Shown here: in pieces, positions 24,173-34,441 of the stretch
How the letters are laid out: every line of letters starts with the position of its first letter
How positions within the stretch are numbered: the stretch's first letter is position 1
DNA from: Blastocladiella emersonii ATCC 22665
Lineage: Eukaryota > Fungi > Blastocladiomycota
Length of the DNA stretch: 64,000 bases
NCBI GenBank assembly: GCA_025594325.1
Contig: JANHCV010000016.1
Coordinates: 496,001 to 560,000, forward strand
Direction of reading: 5' to 3'
Translations under genes and position numbers: made by a program
Notes under the pieces: model-generated
What the model was told of the DNA's origin: nothing
Databases searched by the model: none
What the model saw: the letters and a program-made list of their open reading frames with translations, nothing else

Positions 24173-25426
24173 ACCGGCGCCAACGCCAGCGCCAGCGCCT
24201 CGATCGAGTCATGTCTCATTATCCCAATGTAATTCAACTGTTTCTCACGCTCCCGTCCCCTTGTCCGTCGGTTGCGCAGCAAACCATCGCGTTGAGAGGT
24301 CCTCGAGTTGGCCGCGGCCATGGCCGGCGTGAATTCGACGCGCCGAAGCCGGGCCCGCGAGGCCCTTCATTACGAGCGCAACAACGATTACAGTCACACG
24401 CCCCCATCCTGGCCCCGACCATCATCTTTGGGTCATGAGGCTCGGTCCGCAGCGTGGGCCCATGGCTGGCTTCCCGGCCACATCAGCGCGATGATGGTGA
24501 AGCAGGGCGTCGAGCTGAGCCTCACGGCGGCCACCGACCGGCCATGGCCGCCGCCGCCGGGGCATCGTTGTTGCCACACGTTCGTTCGGCGCCGCCCACG
24601 TCCACGTCCTGCGCAGCACGGCTCGGCTCGGGTTCCCCGCCTTTCCCGGCATCAAGACAATCATCGGGTGCGTGGAGGGGTCTTGTGACGCTCATGGCCA
24701 CGATGGGCCATCGTCGGCGTGGACCCATGGCCCTGTTGAAAACCACAAGAGCGATGGTTTCGTGTCGCCCCGTCGCTGCCCGCGCGATCACCTCCAGGAT
24801 CACGGCGAGGGGACCGCGGCCAGCGGCCAACATTCGCGTCACCATTGAGCGCGTTGTAGCGAACATCAACGCGGAGGATTTGCACTGTGGCGCAGTCGGG
24901 CGTTTAAGCGCAGCGAGCGCTTGGAGCACGCGACGCGGTCATGGGGTCGGTTATAAACTGGCCTCGTGCGCGGCTTCTCTTCCAAGCCAATGAGCAGCGG
25001 GCGCGCCGCGTGGCTGTGGCGGCACGCGTACGAGATAAGCGATGATGACAGGCTACAGGACCGGCCCCAGGCCCCAGGCACGAAAACGTCATGCGACCGA
25101 CTTGCCCGCAAGCTCGACCTCAAGCGACCTCGGCGCCGCCACGCACGCACGCATGTCCGTCGGCCCGAGCTCGCCTGCTGCGCCTACAAGTAGCGCGCCC
25201 CTCCCCGCACCCACCGCTGGTGCTGGCCCGCTTCCTGTCCCTGGCCGACGCAGCTGTGCTGCCTCGTGTAACCCTCCTCCCCTCCCCTCCCCACCTCCAT
25301 CACCTCTCGGCGTCGCTGTTCGCGCATCGAGTCGCCCCTTTGCCGCCGCGCTCGTTGTCTCGTGTCTCGCATCGGTCCCGGACCATCTGCCGCCGTCCCC
25401 CTCCGTTTGCGCCAAGTCGGACCGCC

Positions 25427-27181
25427 ATGGCGCAACCGCAACGTCAACAGCAACTGCACTCGTCGTCCGCGATGAGCGCTTCCTCTCCTTCCACTGCATC
25501 ATACCCTCCCGTCCCTGCTGCGCCATCCTTCTCCACATCGGCCGCGAAGCGTAAATCGCCGAGTTCTCGCCGCCAGGACGCGCCGTGCCCCATACGCATC
25601 GCCATCGCGCCGTACCCGCCCGTCGCCTCCGCTTCTCCCACTTCCGCGGCCATTCCGAGCCCGCGCACTGCCACCCCTCGCCAGCGCCGACTCTCTTCTT
25701 CATCGTCCGGCAGCCGGAGCCCCATGGTCGCCACCTCGTCCAGCCGCCGCGGCAGCGCGAGCTGGGAGTCGCCCCTGCCGACGCCCACCACGCCGTCGCT
25801 CCCGACCCCGCTGCACCGGCCCGCGGTCCAGCTCATGTACACGCACCACCACACACAGGGCACCCTGACGTGCCACGCGTGCCAGAAGACGATGCCGCTC
25901 GCGCGCCGCCCTCGCGGCCAGCCGTGGTGCGTTGTGATGCGGTGACTCCGCCACCGTCGTGATCGGATCACTGATCTTATCTCGCCCGCCCTCAGTCTCC
26001 AGTACACGATCAAGTACCATGAGGCAACCGACCAGCACGCCATCTGCGCCGTCGGCTACTACCTGTGGTCCACGACGTCGCGCTCGACGGCGCACCCGTA
26101 CACGCCGCCGCCGAACCTCGCGCGCTACTCGGGAACGCTCTCCGTCACGGCCCTCGAGTGCCTCCTCTTCAACCCGCTGTATTCGGTCCAGCGTAGTGGG
26201 ACCGGCGGCGCCGTGGTCTGCCACGCGTGCAACGTGGCCATCCCGTACGTGTCGAGCGGTACCTCGGCCAAGGGTGCCGGCGGCGGGCTCATGTCGCCCA
26301 ACGGCCCGCGCTCGGGATCCGGCCCGCTGTCCGCGAGCCTCGACGCGGTTGCGGCCACGGTTGCTCACGAGAACACATCGGCGCACGAGCTCGGCGTGCT
26401 CCGCGCGTCGATGCAGGTCACTCGCGCGTGGGGCCGCCGGATCCGCATCTGCGCGGCCCCGGCCGACGGCGGGCCCGGCCACACGTGCGGCGAAGGCGCG
26501 CCGCCCGAGCTCAACGTCGGCGAGCTCGTGCTGACGGACCAGGAGCGCGAGTGGCAGGCCGAGCGGCGCGCGAACGCGAGCGCTGCGGCCGCGGCTGCTG
26601 CTACACCGGCTCCCGTCACCACGGCGTCCGCCGCTTCAACAACGTCCGTCCACATCCAGCCCCCGGCGGTGCACGCACCGGCCTGTCCCGCGGCGCCGCG
26701 CAAGCGGTGCAAGTCGGGCACGTCCATGATGCCGGCGGCGTACCCGGCGGGCCGCGCGGCGCAGGTGTCGCACGCCATGGCCGTCGAGCCGTCGGTCCCC
26801 GAGTCGCGCAACGTCCCCGCGCTCGTGTCGCCGCCTGGATCGCGGCCACGGCTACTAGGGCTCGAGGACGCGCGGCCATTCCCGCCGCCCGTCGCGTACG
26901 CGGCACCCGCGGCCGAGGGCGCGTGGGAATACCAAGCGCCGCCAGCGGTGCTTCAGCCGTCGCCGCCGCAGCAGCACGACCCGCCGCAGCAGCGTTACCC
27001 GCAGGAGAACTACTACCAGCTCCCGCCGCTGCCGCAATACCAGCGCCATGTGCCCTCGCACGTGGGCTACGCGGCATCGAATTCGGGTCTCGACGCGCTC
27101 GCAGCGGCTGCAGTGGCCGTGGCCACCCCCGAGGCGCGGCCGGAGCCTCGACGGATCCGCATCCAGGACCTCCTTAACTAA
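25427..27181 (+). CDS. Putative Zn-binding transcriptional regulator (two CHAC motifs), 2 exons
   Basis: ATG 25427; intron 25927-25995 (gtgcgt..ctgat..ctcag) joins in frame to ORF 26213-27181. Motifs LTCHACQKT and VVCHACNVA; KRCK; C-term LDALAAAA and IRIQDLLN, typical of fungal regulators. Confidence 0.65.
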
Positions 27182-27360
27182 ACCCATTCCAAGTGTCGGC
27201 GTGCCGCGTTCCCCCCCTATTCTCGTGTAAATACACTTATTTCGAAGTCCAATGCCTGTGCGCGAGCGGACTGCTTCAGGGACCGAGTGGCGCGGCGCGT
27301 GAGCTGACGCGTCTGACGGACTCGGTGCTTCGCGACCACAACCTCGCGCGAACGCTCTCG

Positions 27361-27367
27361 TATATAA
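27361..27367 (+). promoter_or_regulatory. TATA box upstream of U1 snRNA
   Basis: TATATAA 48 bp before the U1 5' end, in a GC-rich context. Confidence 0.5.
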
Positions 27368-27408
27368 GCGAGGGCTCCCGTGCCCAGGCGCGCGCGGGTT
27401 TGTTCTGT

Positions 27409-27571
27409 ATACTTACCTATTGTGAATCGTCGATGATCAAGAAGGCCGATGATTGCACGTCCGGCTGCGCGCATCGCACTCCCGCGCGCGGCTCGGGCGG
27501 GCGCAGCGGTTGGCTCGCCTGCCGACTGTCGCAGCAAATTTTTGATAGTCGCACGGCTTTCCGTGCGCACT
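27409..27571 (+). ncRNA. U1: U1 spliceosomal snRNA
   Basis: 5' ATACTTACCT; SL1 loop GATCAAGAAG (27435-27444, U1-70K site); SL2 stem CTGCGCGC/GCGCGCGG with loop ATCGCACTCCC; helix H TTGTGA/TCGCAG; Sm site AAATTTTTG (27536-27544); 3' hairpin GCACGG-CTTT-CCGTGC; length about 163 nt. Confidence 0.92.
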
Positions 27572-27669
27572 GAGTTGTTGATTTATGCCTGCCGCGAAAA
27601 CCCAGCCAAATGTATCGACGCCATGTATCAACAACCTCTGCCGTCTATCGTCACCCGCGCCGAAGGCTC

Positions 27670-29661
27670 CTACTCACCGCCCGCGGCCGCCTTGATCGCG
27701 TTCCCGAGCACGTCAAAGAACATGCCGCTCGGCCGCGGTCCCGCACCCGCCGCTGTACCCGCGACACGCGCCACGGCCGCACCGACACGCAGTACCGTGT
27801 CCTCGTCCCACCACCGGCCGAGGATCTGGAATCCGATCGGGCACCCCGTGGCCGCGTCGACGCCGACGGGGCAGCTGAGCGCGGGCAGGCCCGAGAAGTT
27901 GCCGAGCGTGGCGAACCGCATGCCGTTAATGGTGCCCGCAGCGTCGCTGATGCCATGCGCGACGCTGCCGGGCGTGATGGGGGGCGCCGAGAAGGGCGTC
28001 ATGGGGAGCACGATCACGTCGGCGTGCGCGAAGATGGTGTCGCGCAGCACGTCGAGCGTGCGCGTGCGCATGCGCTGCGCCGTCAGGTAGTCGTCGACCT
28101 TGGCCGCGGCCTGCGCGTGGCACAGCAGCTGCGTCGGCAGCCCGAGCCGCCCGATCTTGGTCGGGTACCGGTGCCGCACCAGCGAGAAAATCTCGGACGT
28201 GATCGACATGACGTGCCCCGTACGGATGAGGTGCAGGTCTGGGATCACAATGTCGACGAGCTCGGCGCCGCACTGCGCCACGAGCGCGTCCAGGACCGCC
28301 TGGCACACCGTGACCACGTCGAGGTCGGCGTCGCGGAAGTAGTCGCCGTAGTAGCCGAGGCGCAGGCCCTTGAGCGGCGTGGGCGCTGCCGCCCCGCTGC
28401 TGGTCGCGGTCGCGAGGTAGGACGGGAGCGACGGCAGCGGCTGCAGCAGGCTGAGCGGGACCGTCGGGTCGTGGCCCGCCATGACGGCGTACCCGATGGC
28501 CACGTCCTCGAGCGACGCGCCGAGCGGGCCAATGTGGCCCGTGGACGGGTCGAGGCACGGCGTCGGCGCGCCCGACACGCGCGACCACGTCGGCTTGAGC
28601 CCCCACACGCCGCAGTACGACGCGGGGATGCGCACGCTGCCGCCGCCGTCGGCGCCCACGGCCAGCGGCACGAAGCCCGCCGCCACGGCCGCGGCGCTCC
28701 CACCGGAACTTCCACCCGTGTGGCGGTCGAGGTCGTGCGGGTTGCGCGCGACGCCGCAGCGGCCGATCGGGTTGCAGGTGATCACGTCGAGCCCGAGCTC
28801 GGCCATGTTGGTCTTGCCGACGAGCAGCGCGCCGGCGTCGCGCAGCCGGGCGACGCAGAAGCTGTCGTGCGCGGCCTTGTCAATGTCGGCGTTGAAGAAG
28901 TCGGTGCCGAACATGGCGGGGGTCAGACCCTTGACGTCGAGCTCGTCCTTGACGGCGACGGGCACGCCGTCGAGCACGCTCTTGGGCGCGCCCGCCTTCC
29001 ACCGCGCCGTGCTCTCGGCGGCGGCCGCGAGGACCAGCGCGTCGTCGACGACGATGAAGGCGCGCAGCGGCGGCGAGTACGCGTTGGACGCGGCAATCGC
29101 GGCGAGCAGCGTCCGCGCGACATCGGTCGGCGTCACGGCGCCCGCCGCGTACTGCGCGTGGTAGTCGCGGATTGTCCAGTGACGGAACGGGTGCTCGGCC
29201 GACGCGGGCCGAGACGCGGGCACGGGCAGCGCGGCAAAGTCGGCGACGGAGACCTGTACAGCAGGCACGCAAGTCAGCTTCTATTCAGAACACGCTCACA
29301 CTTTGGCACGTACCGGGCGCGCCTTGGCCGCATCCAGGGCGTCGTGCGACGGCGGGACGAGCGGGTACAGCGACGCGTCCTCGCGCAAGTCGAGCCCGCG
29401 CAGCGCCGTCATGCCGGCGTCGGCCCAGATGCGCGCCGATACGGCGGGCAGCGCCCACGCAACCTGCGCGACGGCCCACTGCGGGAACCAGCCCTCGAGG
29501 ACCGGCGCCTTGCCGCGGATCGGCGTGTACGTTGCCGTGATGGCGGTCACGGCAGCAGCAGCAGCGGCGGCAACGGCAACGGCCTCGCCGGCACCGCGGC
29601 GGGTCGGCGAGGGGTCACGCTTGGGCTTCGGGTCCGAGTCCGAGTTCATGGTGTGCTCCAT
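27670..29661 (-). CDS. Amidase-signature enzyme, fatty acid amide hydrolase-like, 2 exons
   Basis: Intron 29254-29313. VLDGVPVAVKDE, GKTNMAELG, TGGSSGGSAAAVAAG, GADGGGSVRIPASYCGVWGLKPT; N-term KAPVLEG..LYP resembles plant-type FAAH. Start 29661 or 29649. Confidence 0.88.
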
Positions 29662-30172
29662 CGATGTCGTCGTGGGAGAGCGAGGATGGGCCGGAGCGCG
29701 ATGGACCGCTTTTGTAGTCCCCCTCGCCCACGCCCGTCCTTGCCGGAACCCTCTTGGGGCCTCGGAGCGACGACGGCGGCGGCGGGGGCGGCGGCGGAGA
29801 TTCGGGGGGACATGTGGGCGGGGGACGGCCGAGCGGGTGGGTCGGCGCCGAGCAGGGCCCAGGGGGGGCGACAACCGCGCGCGCTGTGGAAGCGATGATC
29901 GACACAGGGAAGCCGACGCGTGCCATAGACTGCCACTCCAATCCGCCTCTCAGGCCTCCGCTTGCGCCACCCGCCACATCGCCTCGGCCGCTTTTCTCTC
30001 TCTCTTTGACCTCGGCAAGCCCGTGGATCGCAATAAACATGATAACTATGCATTACAAAAATGTTCTCTCTTGCTGCAACTGCCCGATCTCTGACTTCCC
30101 TCGCGGGCCCGTGACCCGTTGGACTCGGCGCGCGGCGCGAAGCTGCGCCTGGCACGATCTCGCCGACCGTGT

Positions 30173-33123
30173 CTACGACTGGGGACCCACATGAGTGCCG
30201 TTGCGGTGGAAGCCGCGGTTGCTCGGTCTCGACTCGATGCCGCCCTCGACTTCGTCTGCTGGGCGCTTGCGCGGGCGGTCGGCGGGGGCGGCGGGAGCGA
30301 TCGGAGTGCCGCGTGCCCATCCCTCGCCGCGCATCGTCCCCCACACGCCCGTGTTGCGCTTGTACCCGCCGATCATCGAGTGCCGCGACGAGGACCCGAC
30401 GAACCCGCCGCGCTCGTCAAACGGCTTCGCGAGCTGCTCGGCCGAGTGGTCGGCCTTGCTCATGGCGAGCAGGATCACGATGCGTGGCAGCGTGTTGGAC
30501 TTGGCGCGCCCGTCCTGGCCCCACGCGTTGCGGCAGCCCGAGAAGTACGCCTCGACCATGTCGGTGGTGAGGAAGCGCTGCCGCCACGGCTTGGCGTTCG
30601 GCCCTGGGTTGGCGCGAACGTAGCGCTCGTCAAAGGCCTTGAACGCGCCAATGATGCTGAACAGGGCCGTGATGGTGCAGGTGGGGATGCCGGACACGTA
30701 CTTGGTCGGCGACCCGCCGTCGGCCAAACACCACTTCTCGAGGAACGCGAGGTAGAAGATGCTGCCGGCCTCGTCGACGAGCTGGTGCCGCTGCTCAATG
30801 CCGAGGTTGGAGCTGTTCATCGCGTCCTGGAGCTTGCGGCAGGTGTTGAGGATGATGCAGAGTCCAGTACCTTTTTCGTTGTTGGGTCCGGCCGCCTCGC
30901 GCACCTTGTCGATGCACTCCATTGAGAACAGCCTTAGCGCCTCGGGAACGTTTTGTCGATCGCGTTTCTTCCACTTTGGGCCGAGCACCTCGGGGAACAG
31001 CTTGATGATCTTGTCGATCAGCGTGTGGTCCGTCTTGCCCTCAATGGAGCTCTCGCTGAAGTGGATCGCGGCGCGCTTGAACGCGTGGTCGCGGTCGTGC
31101 ACCGTCACGATCTCGTGCAGCTGACCGTCGAGCCCGACTCGAACCACAGGAACCCATGGTACTCGCCGTACGTCGTGCTTGGGGTTGAGCTTCAGGCGCG
31201 CGTCGATCCACAGCACCGTCTGCACGCTCGTGAACGCCGCCTGTGTGACCGTCGCGGAAGGGCTCCGTCTCAGCTTGTCGCGGACCTTGATGATGGCCTT
31301 GATGTGCACGTCTTTCTTCCAGGTCGTGAAGTAGTGCTCATTCCACTTGGCCTTGACGTCGCTCGAGTTGTTGAGCAGCGACATGGCCGAATCGACGTTG
31401 CAGTTGAACCACTCGCGCAGCGCATCTTCCTCCATGTTCTTCCACTGCGCTTGCGCGTCACGAACCATCTGCGGGTAGCACGCCGCGCCAGGTCCGCGAC
31501 CCATGAGGCAGTTGGCGTTCGAGCCGTCGCTCCTATACAAGCAAACTCGCTGTCAGCAAGCGCCGCTGATGTGGGACGAGGAGAACGTACGCTTGGGCGG
31601 CCACCGAGATACCAGCTTTCTTGAGCTCGTAGTTGATGTATCGCAGTACGGGTAGAATGATGCTGGCGGATTCGGATGCGACGAGAAGGCGAGCGACCAC
31701 GAACTGCAGGTTGTTGAGCGCGTCGGTCACGGTGAAGACGAGAATTTTCGTCGCCGCAGCGGTGACGGCCACGAGCGCGTCGTGGGCACCGTCGAGCGCC
31801 TCGATGATGAGCTGCAGCAGATCAAGGGCAACCTTGGTCGGGCGCTGTACCGGGCCCTGCTCAGTCATGACCATGGCCACCTGCTGTTCGAGCTGCTGCG
31901 CGTGGAGCTCGAGCCAGGAAATGTTCCTAATCAGACACAGCAAAGGTAAGCGGTCATGATCGCCGACCACAAACCTGTTGAGCGTACATATGGACACGGC
32001 TGCGCTTGGCGCTCAGCTTGGCGAGGGCCACCTTGGCCTTCTCCTTGGAGGCGTCCGAGGTCTCGGGGCTCTCGATCTTGCTCCGCTTCCTCTCCTCTTT
32101 TTCAGCGAGCGCCTCCGAGTATACGTTCGCGCGCTCGCAGAGGTAGCGCAGCGTGTCGATGACCTGCTGCGCGCACTTGCAAAGCTTGTTCTTCTCGTTG
32201 AAACCTGGGAGGGCGGTGGCCGGTGCTGGTGCAGCGCCGCCGCTCTCCGACCCGACCGCGGCTGCTGCTGTTGCGGCTGGCGCGGCGTGGAACTCGGACA
32301 CGGCCTGCTCGGCCGCATCGCACGCGTCGTTGAGCTCGTCGACCTTGAGCTTGTCGATCAGCTCAACGGGGAGCGCGAACTTGGGGTCGGACGCGTCCTT
32401 GAAGCGCTCGTCGTGGACTACACGCGGATCCGGACGTCAGGGCGCGCGTATCGAGCGACAAAAACGCACGAAGCGAGCCGCACCGGGTTCCGCTAGAAGC
32501 TTGAACGCCATGTCGAGGTTACCAAACTCTGGGCCGCCTTGGACGATGCCGTCCTCATAGTGACGCGGCTCGTCGGGCTTGTCCGTGCCGTCGAACGCGA
32601 CACACACTTCCACGATGTTGCCCTTGGCCTTCTGCTCCGTCACGTACTTGGCCACGTCCTCGATGCGGCCGTACTGGAGCCCGATCGGGTTCTTCTTGTC
32701 CAGGTCCTGCTTGGCCTTGCGCTGCACTGTGCGCGTGTCCGGGATGAACAGGTTGATGAGGTGCGGGGTGCCGTGTGCGTTGTGACGGACGCCGTCAGTC
32801 AGGCCGGCGGGCACGGCCTTTCCGGGCCCGCGCAGGTACCGGAACGCCTTGTGGCCGCCGCCCTCGGCGTGGAAGTAGCACCACGCCTCGATCGTCGCGG
32901 AATCGTAGAACGTGATCGTGATGCCGAGAACGCCGCGGACTTGGTCGCGAATATGTAGGAACATGAACTGCTTGCGGGGGAGCACGCTGTCCTTGGACAG
33001 CGCCGTGGCCAGCTGGATGAGGAGCTCGATGCCCTCCTTGTCCTTGATCTGCACGGCGAGAATGGCGAGCGACTGCACGTCCTCGGACCCGCCGCACGTC
33101 GAAGAGCGCAGCGTGGCGAACAA
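30173..33123 (-). CDS. P-element/THAP9-like DDE transposase, at least 4 exons, 5' end unresolved
   Basis: Introns 32418-32483, 31927-31987 and 31533-31590 join four ORFs in frame. HTH-like AFRYLRGP..LFIPDTRTVQR; D1 CVAFDG; ATKILVFTV; ELKKAGISVAAQASDGSNAN (D2); DRDHAFKR (DxxH); DRQNVPEALRLFS; KLQDAMNS; catalytic E in TTDMVEAYFSGCR. Confidence 0.82.
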
Positions 33124-33289
33124 GGGAGTGAAGCATTGGACGGTGAATAGATCTGAGTATATATAGGGAGGAAATCATGCAGGCAATGGACAATGATGGG
33201 AGGTCAAGTTCGAGAACGAGCGCGACAGCGGCTGCTGCTTGCACGACAGCGAAGCCATGCGGATCTCGAAGTTGAGCTTGAGCTTGAGC

Positions 33290-34015
33290 TTACAGGAACG
33301 GATCCAGTTGATGGGCGGCGGCAGCAGCGAGAGGCCCGAGTTGGGCGAGCGGGACACCAAACCCGACCGCGACGGCAGGTTGAGCGGCGTGCGTGTGGAA
33401 CCCGGGAGCCGCAGCGGGCAGGTGGACGGGCGCGTTGAGGCCGTGCGTGGCGCCGGCGAGGTCGATGGGCGCGTGGAGACCGTACGCCGGCGCGGGTGCG
33501 GGCGTTGTGCCCGGGCCGGAGCCCAGCCCTTGGACGAGCTCGGCAGAAGAAGTCGATGGACTCGAGGGTAGCTCCGAGTAGGAGATGAGCGGGACAAAAC
33601 TCGGCACGTCGGGGCTCGAGGTGCAAACGTCCGTCGCGTGGAGACGTTCCACCGCCCTCGCGACTTTCTCGACCACACCCGTCTCGTACTCCTGCATGGA
33701 CGCGAGCCAGTAGCGCGTCGACTCGTCCCACACGCGGTACCCCCAGTACCAGTCGGCCTTGTGCATGTGCAGCTCGTACCGCGCGTTCACCTCCTGGATG
33801 GCGCTAGCGAGGTTACGCTCCAGGTCCGACTCGGCGCGCGCAAACGTGCCGAGCGCCGCAGCCCGCGCCGCATCCCAAGCGGTTGGATGGTCCTGCGGGC
33901 CAGCGAGGGCGAGGGCGCGGCGGTGGCAGTGCTCGATTCGCGCGGTAGTCGACTGGCGCAGGATCTCTCGGAACATCTGCGCCTCCTCGCGGGCGACGCG
34001 TCGCCGGAACGTCAT
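33290..34015 (-). CDS. Second ORF inside the transposon (241 aa, predicted helical), unknown function
   Basis: ATG-started, GC3-biased ORF within the TIRs, same strand as and upstream of the transposase; could be a separate gene or a 5' exon. Confidence 0.55.
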   Translation of the reverse strand: MTFRRRVAREEAQMFREILRQSTTARIEHCHRRALALAGPQDHPTAWDAARAAALGTFARAESDLERNLASAIQEVNARYELHMHKADWYWGYRVWDESTRYWLASMQEYETGVVEKVARAVERLHATDVCTSSPDVPSFVPLISYSELPSSPSTSSAELVQGLGSGPGTTPAPAPAYGLHAPIDLAGATHGLNAPVHLPAAAPGFHTHAAQPAVAVGFGVPLAQLGPLAAAAAHQLDPFL

Positions 34016-34441
34016 GACGCGCGTGATGTCGGTCGGGTCATGAATTCGAGCATAAGTTCGCGGAACTTCTTCTCCGACATCACATGTTCATGGAGCGGCC
34101 ATTTCATTGCATAGAGTGGGAATCGTTCATGCACGATGAGGGAAGCGGAAGGAGCTGTCGACGGGTGGGCAAGCTGACCGCCGCGCGCGAGCGAGACGCG
34201 TGGGGGACGCGTTGAAAGGAGTGGCAGCCACTCGACTTTATGGCACGCGGATGGCCGTTGTCGCCCCCCTGAGCAGGGCCGCCGATCAGCCGCGGGCGGC
34301 ACCGCTGCCGCCGACTCGGCCACCTCGGCAACGACGGAGGAGGGAGGGAGACGACAAAGAGGGATGTATATGTTGTTACGTGTGGGGTGGGTAGATTCGA
34401 CAAAACGGAGGGCAAGAGGGGGAAGAGAACGACGGGGCCGC

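Larger units (their letters stand above)
29860..34271 (-). mobile_element. Complete P-superfamily-like DNA transposon (4,412 bp)
   Basis: Left TIR CAGGGGGGGCGACAAC (29860-29875); right end reverse-complement CAGGGGGGCGACAAC (34257-34271). Direct repeat AGCAGGGCC on both sides (29851-29859, 34272-34280). Encloses a DDE transposase. Confidence 0.88.

Noticed and set aside
24234-25150. Gene or pseudogene between the Qng1-like gene and the CHAC gene
   Set aside because: Short ORFs in conflicting frames with no recognisable motif or consistent splice structure.
29860-34271. Assignment of the transposon to Mutator or hAT
   Set aside because: The 9-bp TSD and CAGGG ends fit superficially, but the ordered protein motifs match the P/THAP9 pattern better. 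Kept as an alternative to test.
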